Positions 33,905 through 43,460 of a stretch of 64,000 bases of DNA are shown one piece after another. Position 1 is the stretch's first letter, and every line of letters begins with the position of its first letter. The position numbers were made by a program, and so were the translations under genes. The notes below the pieces were generated by a model. The model was not told the DNA's origin. It searched no databases and worked only from the letters and a program-made list of their open reading frames with translations. This DNA comes from a virus. The stretch is taken from positions 28,247 to 92,246 of IMG/VR virus record IMGVR_UViG_3300029267_003762, one strand, 5' to 3'.

Positions 33905-36027
33905 TCATGAACGACTTCGAACGAGCGATCGTCGGCGACCTGCCCTTGAGCTTCAAGGCGGACGCCTGGTTCAGTGTCAAGCACGCTGCGATCGGAGACC
34001 CGCCAGACACGACCGGGGCCATCGAGGGGCAGTTCCCTGTCCCCGTCGCCCAAGTGCTTGAGGGTCTTGCGGAGATGGTCAAGGCCAAGATGACCATCAT
34101 GTACGCGTACGCTACGTACTCTCAGACCATCCGTGGGCCTTTCCGCGGCGAGCTCGCGGAGAACTTCCAGGAGTTTGCCGAGGACGACCTCGAGGACCTT
34201 GAGTGGTACCTGCGTCGCATGTCGAGTCTCGGTGGAGGGGCCCACCTTCCGCAGATTGATCCTCCGCCGGCGACGACCGACCCGATCGAGGCCATCAAGA
34301 TCACTCTTCGGCTGGAGCAGGAGACTGTGGCCAAGCTCGCGGCTCTTCGCAACCTCGTCGGGGACAACCCGATGAAGTTCGACCTCGAGGCCTTTATGGC
34401 GGAAGAGCAGATGCACGTCGATCGGCTGTGGCAGCTTCTCCCCTACGAGGCGGACCCGGAGGAGATGGCCGAGCAGGACGGGAAGGAGCCGCTTTCCATG
34501 GAGCAGAAGGCAGCCTCCATGCGGATGCGGGTCGGGTTCATGAAGCTCGGCGAAGGCATGTCCAGGCGGGAGCTCAAGCGCCTGCAGAAGGAACAGGAGG
34601 ACATTCATGAGCTCCGAGGGAGTCTGATGGCGTCCTCGAGCCCAGAGACCAAAGCGTATGCTCGGAAGAAGAAGGTCGTTGGGGCGCTGTCAGGAGGGCT
34701 GAAAGGCGGCCTACTTGGTACCGGCATTGGGGCGGCCATTGGCTACGGCACCAAGCGCGGTCCTCGCGCCGCGAAGGCGTTGGCGGCACTTGGAGGTCTT
34801 GGCGGTGCTGCTGTGGGCGGCACTGCTGGGCACGAGCTCGCCGGCGCTCAGGCTCACAAGACCATCTCCAAGGCGGCGATGATTCGAAACATCAAGCTCG
34901 CCTTCGACGACATGGCCCAAGGGGACGACAACCTGGCGGCCTCTGCGGCTCATGGGGACAATCCGCAAGGCGACTCGAGTGAGCGCATCAACCAGCCTCC
35001 GATGGTCGACCCGACCAGGTACCTCGAGGGTACCGGCGCTCTTGGGGTCGATCCGGCCCTGTCCGACTACATCGAGAAGGAGCGGGAGGGGCAAGACGCG
35101 GAGGAGCGCGCGAGCTCCGACTACTACAAGCAGGTGGCCGACATGGCCACGCAAGAAGCCCAGGCAGCGCAGTCGCAGCTCGGAGAGGCGCAGCAGCAGG
35201 CCATGATGGCTCAGCAGCAGGCCGCGGCGCTTCAACAGCAAGTGCAAGACACGCAGCAGCAGGCGCAGGCGGTGCAGCAACAAGCAGTGCAAACGGCCGC
35301 CATGGCTCAGTCCACGGCTGCCAACTCCCAAGCGCAGGCCATCAAGGCCATGCAGGACGTGCTGCTCCACAAGCAGCTCGCCGCGAACATGCGCCAAGGT
35401 GTCTTGGCAATGAAGGACCAGATTCAATCCGTCCTCATGTCCGACCCCACTGCTGGGGCGGAAGCACAGATTGCGGGCCCCCCTCCCGGCCCGCCTCCCG
35501 GGTCTCCTGGCGGGGAAGTTCCCAGCGAAGGGTCCCCTCCCCCTGAGCAGGGTCCGGCAGCCGGTTCCCCTGCGCCCCCGACTGCACCCGCCGGGGGACC
35601 CACTTCTTCTGGTCAGCCCCCCGGGCAGGTGCCGGGGCAACAGGGGCAGGCCACTCCGGAGCAGAAGCAGGCATCGGCCGCCAGCAAGATGCTCGAGGTG
35701 GCCAAGAAGCGAGCTCCCTACGCCGTACCGGGCGCGCTCCTCGCCGGCGGGCTCACGTACGCCTCCATCAAGGGCGGCGCCACCAAGAAGCTCCAGGAGA
35801 AGGTCGACGAGCAGAAGCGCAAGTCGAAGCGGGGTGAGCTCGGCACCAGCGGGGAGTCGGAGCTCGCCCGCGACAAGATGCGGCTCGCCTACTCCGAGTT
35901 CGCGGACAAGAACCCGAGGGCGGCGACAGCGACGGGTGCGGCCATCGGGGCCGGTGCGGCGGCGGCGGCGGGTCCCCCTCTCAAAACCATCGGCAAGTTC
36001 GTCAAAACCAGGCTGGGTCGGAGGTAG
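33901..36027 (+). CDS. Virion protein with an N-terminal ferritin-like domain, glycine-zipper and Gln-rich segments
   Basis: ELAENFQEFAEDDLEDLEWYLRRMSSLGG..LEQETV..EEQMHVDRL four-helix pattern. Confidence 0.7.
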   Translation: MIMNDFERAIVGDLPLSFKADAWFSVKHAAIGDPPDTTGAIEGQFPVPVAQVLEGLAEMVKAKMTIMYAYATYSQTIRGPFRGELAENFQEFAEDDLEDLEWYLRRMSSLGGGAHLPQIDPPPATTDPIEAIKITLRLEQETVAKLAALRNLVGDNPMKFDLEAFMAEEQMHVDRLWQLLPYEADPEEMAEQDGKEPLSMEQKAASMRMRVGFMKLGEGMSRRELKRLQKEQEDIHELRGSLMASSSPETKAYARKKKVVGALSGGLKGGLLGTGIGAAIGYGTKRGPRAAKALAALGGLGGAAVGGTAGHELAGAQAHKTISKAAMIRNIKLAFDDMAQGDDNLAASAAHGDNPQGDSSERINQPPMVDPTRYLEGTGALGVDPALSDYIEKEREGQDAEERASSDYYKQVADMATQEAQAAQSQLGEAQQQAMMAQQQAAALQQQVQDTQQQAQAVQQQAVQTAAMAQSTAANSQAQAIKAMQDVLLHKQLAANMRQGVLAMKDQIQSVLMSDPTAGAEAQIAGPPPGPPPGSPGGEVPSEGSPPPEQGPAAGSPAPPTAPAGGPTSSGQPPGQVPGQQGQATPEQKQASAASKMLEVAKKRAPYAVPGALLAGGLTYASIKGGATKKLQEKVDEQKRKSKRGELGTSGESELARDKMRLAYSEFADKNPRAATATGAAIGAGAAAAAGPPLKTIGKFVKTRLGRR

Positions 36028-36029
36028 TC

Positions 36030-36755
36030 ATGCTCGACGTGTTCCTGAAGGCTGCGTATGCGCGATCGGAGAAAGAGAAGCAGATCGACAAGGTTGCCTC
36101 CCACTCGTCCTTCTTCTCCACCAACATGGGCCGTGGGGGCGGAGGCCCCGACGACTGGCTCGACAAGTTCAAGGGCACGCCTCTTCTGCCGAAGGCGCTC
36201 GGTCTGCTTCAGCAGGAGATCCAGCTTGACCAACAGGACATGGCGACGCGCGAGCAGCGCGACGCGGAGATGGAGTCCTCGAGGCAGCTCTGGAAGATGC
36301 GAGACGCGGTCTGTCTGCAGAAGCGGATGCTCGACCTCGAGCTCGCCTCGTCCGAGCTTGTTGGCTTCCCTACCGCGCCCCCGCCGGTTGGCATGATGCC
36401 AGAGCCACCTCCGGAGGCCGTGGAAGTGGCCGCGGCCCCCGAGGGTATGCCGGAGACGCCGAGTCCCAAAGAGGCAGCCATGCGAATGAAGATGGCCGCT
36501 CAGCTGATGCGGATGAAGGAGGCGGCGGGGGTCTTGGGTCTCCCCAAGGCCGTCTTGGGTGGTATGCGCCAGGTTGGCCGATCTGCCTCGAAGGGCTACG
36601 GTAAGGAGGGGCTCAAAGGCGCTCTGACCCAAGGCTCCAAGCGGTTCTCGACCATTGCGAAGATGAGCCCGGCTACGGCTGCAGGCATGGTGGCTGTCCC
36701 CGCAGCAGCCGTCGGCGCCGCAGGTCTCGGCGCTGGGTACATGGCCGGGCGATGA
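36030..36755 (+). CDS. Head-associated protein
   Basis: K-x-A motifs; C-terminal Gly/Ala hydrophobic tail. Confidence 0.65.
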   Translation: MLDVFLKAAYARSEKEKQIDKVASHSSFFSTNMGRGGGGPDDWLDKFKGTPLLPKALGLLQQEIQLDQQDMATREQRDAEMESSRQLWKMRDAVCLQKRMLDLELASSELVGFPTAPPPVGMMPEPPPEAVEVAAAPEGMPETPSPKEAAMRMKMAAQLMRMKEAAGVLGLPKAVLGGMRQVGRSASKGYGKEGLKGALTQGSKRFSTIAKMSPATAAGMVAVPAAAVGAAGLGAGYMAGR

Positions 36756-37654
36756 AGCAGGTCGGCATCACGGTCGTTGACGCGAAGGTCCGCTCACTGG
36801 ACCTCGACTTCCACGAGCTGTCTTGGAAGATCCGGACGACCATTGCCGACATCTACGACCACACCTTCACCATCCACCGCTCGGAGTCTCCGGAGGGGCC
36901 GTGGACCCGCATCACGGAGCCTTTCGAAGACCAGTACATCTTCATCGACACGCAGCTTCAAGTCGCGCACCGGTGGCGGCGGTACTACTACCGCATCCAG
37001 GTGACGCGAAAGAGCGATGAGGCCACCGCGGACTTCGGGCCCTTCTCCAACACCCCGGAGCCGGACCTCATCGCCATGGAGATTCGTCGCCACATCCACC
37101 TGCTCATGCAAGAGTTCGCTGGCAGGCGGCTGTGGATCTTGCCGGTCCGGACCTTTGGGCAGCGCTGCCCTACCTGTTGGAACCCCAAGCTCAACAAGAG
37201 GCGGCAGAGCGGGTGCAGAGACTGCTTCGACACAGGGTTCCTTGGGGGGTACATGCACCCCATCGAGGCGTGGGCGCAGATCGACCCCTCTACGAAGTCG
37301 CGTCAGGTGCTCAACGTGCACAAGACGCAGCAGTCGAACACGACCATGAGGATGCCCAACTTCCCTGAGCTCAAGCCTGATGACCTGGTCATCGAAGCAG
37401 AGAACAGAAGGTGGCGCGTCGAGACGGTCAGTCAAACGGAGAAGCACCGTGCGGGCCTTCACCAAGAGATAGGCATGCACGAGCTCGAGCCCAAGGACAT
37501 CGAGTTCTCGGTCCCGCTGCTGATGGACAGAGCGCTTCGGGACGTCTACCTGTCGCCGGCGCGTAACTTCTCCAACCCGCACAACTTTGCGAACTTCGAG
37601 TCGGATGAGGTGCCCTCTATCTTCGACTTGTACTCTAGTTGGAGGAGCAGGTGA
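36752..37654 (+). CDS. Putative head closure/neck protein
   Basis: FN3-like N-terminus; CPTC..CRDCFDTGF; located before the tail genes. Confidence 0.6.
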   Translation: MKQVGITVVDAKVRSLDLDFHELSWKIRTTIADIYDHTFTIHRSESPEGPWTRITEPFEDQYIFIDTQLQVAHRWRRYYYRIQVTRKSDEATADFGPFSNTPEPDLIAMEIRRHIHLLMQEFAGRRLWILPVRTFGQRCPTCWNPKLNKRRQSGCRDCFDTGFLGGYMHPIEAWAQIDPSTKSRQVLNVHKTQQSNTTMRMPNFPELKPDDLVIEAENRRWRVETVSQTEKHRAGLHQEIGMHELEPKDIEFSVPLLMDRALRDVYLSPARNFSNPHNFANFESDEVPSIFDLYSSWRSR

Positions 37655-38526
37655 GCCACAGAGTCACAAGAACGGACCCATGTGAGCAGCACGACCTGTT
37701 CAGGGCGTCTCCGATCGAGTTCGTGCGCGAGACGCTCATCGACTTCTTGCAGACGCTCTTCTCCTACCAGCCGAAGGGCAGTTATCACTGGTCCCCCGAC
37801 GAGGAGACGGACATCGTCATCCAAGACGAAGCCCCCGTGAAGACGGAGGACATCGGCACCCGTCCGGCCATCGCCCTGACGCGAGCTCCGATGCGAATGC
37901 AGACGCTCGGACTCGATGACATGGCCAGTTTGGACCTGCGAACTGGGGCGAAGACGAAAGCCGTCGTCGTGCCTGGCACCATGGTCATGAACTGCTGCTC
38001 GAGGGTTCCGCTGGAGTCCGAGAGGCTCGCCTTCCACGCCGGCGAGCACATCTGGATCCTTCGGGACGTCCTCCAGAAGTCCGGCTTCTATCAGATCGGG
38101 CAGGACATCGGCTACGGCTCACCGTCCCCTGCCGGCGCCATCGTAGCCGGAGACGGGGCGGATGGGTGGTACGCCACGTCCGTCACGCTTCCATTCCAGG
38201 TGCAAAGAACCGCCAGGCTCACCCCGCTTGGCGTCATGATGGCCCGTGCCATTCAAGTGCGCATCCTTGGGCTGTCTCGCACTGCCTCCTCCTCCTCCGA
38301 GGAGCAGCGCTACTCGCTCGAGCCGGGCGTGTCGTCCAGTGGGGACGCCTACACACCGGCGCCGAGCTCACTTACCGGGCCGGGGGTGGAGCCCTACCCA
38401 GACATCCAACGCCGTAACGGTCTCCGGGCCCCGCGCATCAAGGGTCGGCAGCTTCCCATAATCGGGTCCAGCGTGCCAGAATCTTCGGAGCGTGGGCTAG
38501 ATGGCCCCCTCACGGTGAAAGTGTAA
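37651..38526 (+). CDS. Putative tail completion/terminator protein
   Basis: Directly before the sheath gene; RPAIALTR motif. Confidence 0.55.
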   Translation: MSHRVTRTDPCEQHDLFRASPIEFVRETLIDFLQTLFSYQPKGSYHWSPDEETDIVIQDEAPVKTEDIGTRPAIALTRAPMRMQTLGLDDMASLDLRTGAKTKAVVVPGTMVMNCCSRVPLESERLAFHAGEHIWILRDVLQKSGFYQIGQDIGYGSPSPAGAIVAGDGADGWYATSVTLPFQVQRTARLTPLGVMMARAIQVRILGLSRTASSSSEEQRYSLEPGVSSSGDAYTPAPSSLTGPGVEPYPDIQRRNGLRAPRIKGRQLPIIGSSVPESSERGLDGPLTVKV

Positions 38527-38541
38527 TGAAAGGAGCCAGTA

Positions 38542-41481
38542 ATGGCTGACGAACTGAAGCAACCGGGGATCGAAGTACTGCAGGTCTTCGAGGAAGTCAC
38601 TCCGGCTGTCATCGTTCCCACGCTGGGGGCGTGTCCGATCGGTAAGTGCGTACAGGTCGTGGAAGTTCTGGAGTCCGACGGCGCTGGCGGTCAACAGCTG
38701 AACTCGGATGCCGCCGTGGCCGTCCCTGCCTTCTTCGAATCGAAGGCGGCGCAGTCCTGGCCCTTCGCGGACTTCGATGGCAAGACGTTGTACTTCGAGA
38801 TCAACAACGGCCCTCCCGTCCCGGTGCTGTTCACGGCTTCGGCGAACCTGAGCGCGAAGAAGATCGCGGGCGCCCTCAACGACGCCTTCATTGCCAACAA
38901 CGTGTACGCCTCGGTGTACGCCGAGGCGGTGCTGACGGACGGCACGACGGACCCCAAGACGTACAAGTTGCGCGTGCGTACTCGCGCCGGGGGCAACCTG
39001 CAGAACATCAAGGTCTACGTGACCTCGGTGGCCGATCGCAGCATCCTCACGTCGCTTGGCGTACCGGAGGGCAAGACCTTCACGGGACTTTCGGCGTACG
39101 AGCAGTCCCTCGTCAAGGTGCCGACGTTCGCCTTCCCGGACCCCCGGGGCAACCTCGACGACCTGGTGTTCGACAAGGAGACCATCCGCGCCTTCATGTA
39201 CATGGGCACGGGGCTGAGTCTTCAGGAGGGCTTCCAGAACCAGGCGCTGCTTCGGTATGGGGACACGGCCGGCATCCTCTTCGATTGTACGGACATCAAG
39301 GTCATCGATGACGGCAACGGCGATACGCTGTCGCCCATCATCGAACTCACGGGCGAAGATCTGACTGCGGCCAGTGCGGCCATCGTCGCCACCGGCGCCG
39401 CCGCCGGTGCCGGTCCGTACGCCTTGACCGGCCTGACCATCGCTCTCGACTTCGGTCAGGGGATGCAGGAGTACACGTTCATCGAAGACCCGGTGGACAT
39501 GGCAGCCGTTGCGACCTTGCTCGACGACATCTTCGGCGCCGCTGCCGGGGGCAAGTTGTCCTTTGCGGCGGTCGGCGCTCTCCTCGACGAGCTCGAGATA
39601 ACCACCACGGATACGGGCGCGGATGCGTACCTGCACATCGGGGACTCGACCACGATCGGCACGGCGCACACGATCCTTGGTCTCACCGCGGCGGCGCTCG
39701 ACAACAAGGTGTATCGCGGCGACAAGCAGGACAGCAGCGGCACGGCCTTGGATACGCAGCCGCACCCCGTCAAGCCGGGTGACGAGCTCTACCTCGATGG
39801 CATCTTCGCAGGCACCGTGGTCAAGGTGGACCCGACCGGCACCAGTACCGCGCAGGTGCGTGTGGACCAGCAGCACGCCATCACGGCCACCGGCTACGCC
39901 GCGACCTACTACATCGTGGCCAAGAACCTGCCGCCGCCCAACGTTTCGTACGATCGGCCGGATGCGGACGGCATCGTGGACGACAACACGGGGGACGTGA
40001 CGATCAAGCACTCGCTCGTGCGTCAGACGACCGGGTATGCGACCGACCCCGTCAGCGCGCCCGTGTACGTGCTGTACGAGGCCCTGCGGCGCGACGTCGC
40101 TCCTCTCGGGGTGAAGCCGAGCCTCTTGCAGATCGACAACACGAACCAGCTCGAGGCGCTGCTCGAGCCGATCAACCCGGCCAACCCGCTCGCCCTCGGC
40201 TTCTACTTTGCCCTTCTCAACGCGTCGGGCAGCCGCGTGTACGGCATGGGTGTCGACGAGTACTCCGACGACGAGCCGTGGGGTACTTCCGACGCCTTCC
40301 AGCGCGTTTTTTCCTTCCTCGAGTCGAAGGAAGTCTACGGCATCGCGCCGCTCACCGACGACATCGTCGTCGCACAGCTCGGCAACATCCATGCCTTGAA
40401 CATGGCTGACCCGGAGATGAAGGGTGAGCGCGTGTGCGTCGTCAGCCTTCCGCGCCCGACCCGTGACGTGGACGTGGTGGTGGCCTCTGGTACTCGGGGC
40501 AACTCTGGTAACCAGGCGGCGCCGAACACGCTGTTCTACACGAGCGTCAGTAACCTGTCTGCGTTGCTGCTCGCGAAGGGCATCGATCCTGCCAGCACTA
40601 TCCCTGTGGATTCCGGCGTCTTCCTCGACATCGAGGACGATGCCGGCATCTATTCGGTCAAGCAGGTCATCGGCGGCGCCGTGCTCGTGCGGCAGACGGC
40701 CGGTGAGTTCGCCCCTGGGGAGAACGACGACGGGTTCTACACGGAGACCGGGTACCCCGTCGGCACCCCGTTCATCAACGCGTCGTTCTCCATCAAGGTT
40801 CGCGGCGCCGAGCTCGTCGACCTCAACGGAGACCCTGACGCGGACAAGATCGCGAACGCCTACCAGGACATCGGCAAGTCGTTTGGTAGCCGTCGCCTGT
40901 GGAACCTCGTCGTCGACAACCTCTACGCTCCGTTCGACGGAGTCGACCAGGTTCTGCCGGGCTTCTACGCTGCGGCGGCGTACGTCGGCCTCATCAGCGG
41001 CCAGCCCCCGCAACAGTCGTTCACCAACTTCCCCATCGTCGGCTTCACCCGCATCGACGGAACGAACGATTACTTCGGCACGCGACAGCTCGACCGCATC
41101 GCTGCCGGGGGCAACACCATCATCGTGCAGGACCCGCCCGACAACGGGCCGATCTTCCCGCGCATGGCCCTGACGACGGATCTCTCATCGATCGAGACAC
41201 GCACCGACTCCATCACGAAGGTGCTCGACTTCTCGGCAAAGACCATCCGCGTCGGTCTGCGCAACTTCATCGGCAAGTTCAACATCACGCAGTCGTACCT
41301 CGACACGTTGAGCACGGTGCTCCAAGGACTCATCGAGTTCTTGATCAGCAACAACGTGCTGGTGGACGCCGAGATCAACAACCTGATTCAGGACGAGGAC
41401 ACACCGGACACGGTGCTCGTCGACATCACCGTCGACGTCCCGTACCCCTGCAACTACATCCGTGTGCGTTTGATCGTCTGA
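38542..41481 (+). CDS. Contractile tail sheath protein
   Basis: N-terminal QPGIEVLQ; C-terminal RMALTTD..SITKVLD..FIGKFN..VPYPCNYIRV is typical of sheath proteins. Confidence 0.88.
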   Translation: MADELKQPGIEVLQVFEEVTPAVIVPTLGACPIGKCVQVVEVLESDGAGGQQLNSDAAVAVPAFFESKAAQSWPFADFDGKTLYFEINNGPPVPVLFTASANLSAKKIAGALNDAFIANNVYASVYAEAVLTDGTTDPKTYKLRVRTRAGGNLQNIKVYVTSVADRSILTSLGVPEGKTFTGLSAYEQSLVKVPTFAFPDPRGNLDDLVFDKETIRAFMYMGTGLSLQEGFQNQALLRYGDTAGILFDCTDIKVIDDGNGDTLSPIIELTGEDLTAASAAIVATGAAAGAGPYALTGLTIALDFGQGMQEYTFIEDPVDMAAVATLLDDIFGAAAGGKLSFAAVGALLDELEITTTDTGADAYLHIGDSTTIGTAHTILGLTAAALDNKVYRGDKQDSSGTALDTQPHPVKPGDELYLDGIFAGTVVKVDPTGTSTAQVRVDQQHAITATGYAATYYIVAKNLPPPNVSYDRPDADGIVDDNTGDVTIKHSLVRQTTGYATDPVSAPVYVLYEALRRDVAPLGVKPSLLQIDNTNQLEALLEPINPANPLALGFYFALLNASGSRVYGMGVDEYSDDEPWGTSDAFQRVFSFLESKEVYGIAPLTDDIVVAQLGNIHALNMADPEMKGERVCVVSLPRPTRDVDVVVASGTRGNSGNQAAPNTLFYTSVSNLSALLLAKGIDPASTIPVDSGVFLDIEDDAGIYSVKQVIGGAVLVRQTAGEFAPGENDDGFYTETGYPVGTPFINASFSIKVRGAELVDLNGDPDADKIANAYQDIGKSFGSRRLWNLVVDNLYAPFDGVDQVLPGFYAAAAYVGLISGQPPQQSFTNFPIVGFTRIDGTNDYFGTRQLDRIAAGGNTIIVQDPPDNGPIFPRMALTTDLSSIETRTDSITKVLDFSAKTIRVGLRNFIGKFNITQSYLDTLSTVLQGLIEFLISNNVLVDAEINNLIQDEDTPDTVLVDITVDVPYPCNYIRVRLIV

Positions 41482-41524
41482 GGTGGCCGCGCACTCAACC
41501 GGAGGCAAGTAAGGAGAGACATTC

Positions 41525-42289
41525 ATGGCAGGCAACTTCAGCGACTGGGCGCCGTACCAACAGTACGTACAAAGCGGGCTGGCGGACGGCGCGTACGCGC
41601 ACGGTGGCTTCACCATGCTCGCGGCCGGGCCTCCTCGGCTTTCGGACATTGGTGGGACGGTCTCCGTGCAGTCCGCTCTGGCGAGTGGTGGGGCCGCGGC
41701 CAACCAACTCGTACTGCCGATGGGCATCGTGCAGAACCTCAACGTCACCCAGACGCGAGCGTTCAGCCGGGTGTTCGAGCTTGGCAGTGAGCGGAGCTAC
41801 TTCATCTCGGGTCGAACGGTGGGCCAGATCGGCCTGGGGCGCGTCTACTACCATGGCGCGTCCCTGCTTCGACTTCTGTACGCCTACTACCAGGACCTTC
41901 TCCCTGGCGGCGGTGTGCTCGTCCGTCCGATGTTCCCGAACCAGGCCGTGCAGAACACGCCGAACCCGCACGACGTGATCATCCCGCCGGGGTACGAGAA
42001 CATCTACATGAACCTCGCGTCCGATCTGTTCTCGCAACCGATCGGCATGCTCATGTACATCCGCGACTCGAATCTGCGGACGCTCGGCTCGATGTACTTC
42101 GAGCATGTCATCGTTCCCAACCACTCCTTCGCTGTCGACGCTCAGGGCGTGATGATTCAGGAGTCGGTCGGCATGCAGTACGAGCGCATCCTGCCGGTTG
42201 CGGTGACCGACGTCGCGCTCGTCACCAACTCCACCCCGTACACGGGTGGCTCGGCGCGCACCGGCCAGTTCATCCAAACGGCGGGGTAA
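41525..42289 (+). CDS. Tail tube protein
   Basis: Follows the sheath; GIVQNLNVTQTR..VFELGS..YFISGR..IQESV..YERI. Confidence 0.8.
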   Translation: MAGNFSDWAPYQQYVQSGLADGAYAHGGFTMLAAGPPRLSDIGGTVSVQSALASGGAAANQLVLPMGIVQNLNVTQTRAFSRVFELGSERSYFISGRTVGQIGLGRVYYHGASLLRLLYAYYQDLLPGGGVLVRPMFPNQAVQNTPNPHDVIIPPGYENIYMNLASDLFSQPIGMLMYIRDSNLRTLGSMYFEHVIVPNHSFAVDAQGVMIQESVGMQYERILPVAVTDVALVTNSTPYTGGSARTGQFIQTAG

Positions 42290-42298
42290 GGAGGCGTC

Positions 42299-42676
42299 AT
42301 GGCCGACGATATTCCCTACGTCCTGGAGCTCTCACTCAAGCTCCCGCCGGATGAGACCGGAGAGCCGGTCCCGATCATCCTCAACTACGCGGGCAAGGCG
42401 GACAGCGTCGTCCGCTACCGTTTGGAGCTGACCGGTTCAGGCACCAAAACGCTCGACTTCGGTACCACGCCGGTTGCGGGGGCGCAGCTGGTTCTCGTGA
42501 AAGTGTTCCAAGGGACAGACCCGGTCTTGGTATACGTAAACGGATCTGCTACTCCTGAAGAGATTGCCGTTGGCGGGGGCAAGTTCATCTTGTCTCCTAC
42601 ACCCGTGAATGGCGTCACTTCCATGGTGTTGGAGCACACAGCTGATTCGTCCGTATCCGTATGGGTTCTTGGCTAG
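42299..42676 (+). CDS. Structural hypothetical protein
   Basis: SD AAGGAGG; beta-rich. Confidence 0.65.
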   Translation: MADDIPYVLELSLKLPPDETGEPVPIILNYAGKADSVVRYRLELTGSGTKTLDFGTTPVAGAQLVLVKVFQGTDPVLVYVNGSATPEEIAVGGGKFILSPTPVNGVTSMVLEHTADSSVSVWVLG

Positions 42677-42708
42677 GGGGGTGATGTCAATGCTTTTCGC
42701 GAGGCACC

Positions 42709-43248
42709 ATGTCGACCGATCTCATCCAAGTAGGAATCACGACGCTCGCATCGGGGGGCATCGCGGCCATCACCGCGTACGTGACCATCGTCTGGAGGCT
42801 TTCGCATAGGGTCTCGCAGCTCGAGGAGAAGGTCAACGAGGTCGTCAAGACCGCTGCGGAGCTGAAAGAAGGGCAGAAGAGCGGCGACCAAACGGTTCGA
42901 GAGGAGTTCGAGAAGGAGCTCAAGCACCTGAAGACCGATGTGATGGACGCGCGGGACTCTTTGAAGGAGTCCGCGGCCGCTATGGATGAGGCAAAGAAGG
43001 AGATCCTTATCAGCGTTTCTGCACTGAGTACGGAACTGTCGAACTTCAAGATCGCCTGTGCGGAGAATAGAGCCAAGCAGGTGACAGAAAAGCGATGGGC
43101 GGAGTACACTAGGGAGCAGGCGGCAAAGTGGGAAGACTTCAATCGGATACTCGGGAAGCTGGAAGGGCACCTGTCCAAGATGGGGTCGACCAAGACAAGC
43201 AGCCCGAACTTGCGCGCTGCGGATCTTGCTCGAGGTACCAGAAGGTAG
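42709..43248 (+). CDS. N-terminal TM plus coiled-coil membrane protein (possible lysis function)
   Basis: One TM segment followed by heptads. Confidence 0.6.
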   Translation: MSTDLIQVGITTLASGGIAAITAYVTIVWRLSHRVSQLEEKVNEVVKTAAELKEGQKSGDQTVREEFEKELKHLKTDVMDARDSLKESAAAMDEAKKEILISVSALSTELSNFKIACAENRAKQVTEKRWAEYTREQAAKWEDFNRILGKLEGHLSKMGSTKTSSPNLRAADLARGTRR

Positions 43249-43460
43249 ACGAGGAACTCCGCGCCTACCTTGCCAGCGAGAGTGAGTTGGACGCCATCAC
43301 GGGTATCCACGAGGCCCCCGAGCTGCCCGCGGAAGACTTCGAAGAAGAAGAGCCCGGCACCGTCACTTCAGCCATCGACGCTCTCAACAAGGCCCAGGAC
43401 AAGGCCTATGACAAGATCCATCAGTTGTGTGCTAGCCTGGACGCGCTATGGGAAGGCTGA
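43128..43460 (+). CDS. Acidic hypothetical protein (start uncertain)
   Basis: Fills the gap between neighbours; C-terminal half looks coding. Confidence 0.4.
   Translation: MGRLQSDTREAGRAPVQDGVDQDKQPELARCGSCSRYQKVDEELRAYLASESELDAITGIHEAPELPAEDFEEEEPGTVTSAIDALNKAQDKAYDKIHQLCASLDALWEG

Noticed and set aside
38497-41013. 838-aa minus-strand ORF and similar long antisense ORFs (17354-18889, 20413-21906, 30077-31471)
   Set aside because: Shadows of the sheath, ligase, terminase and capsid genes caused by GC3 bias.
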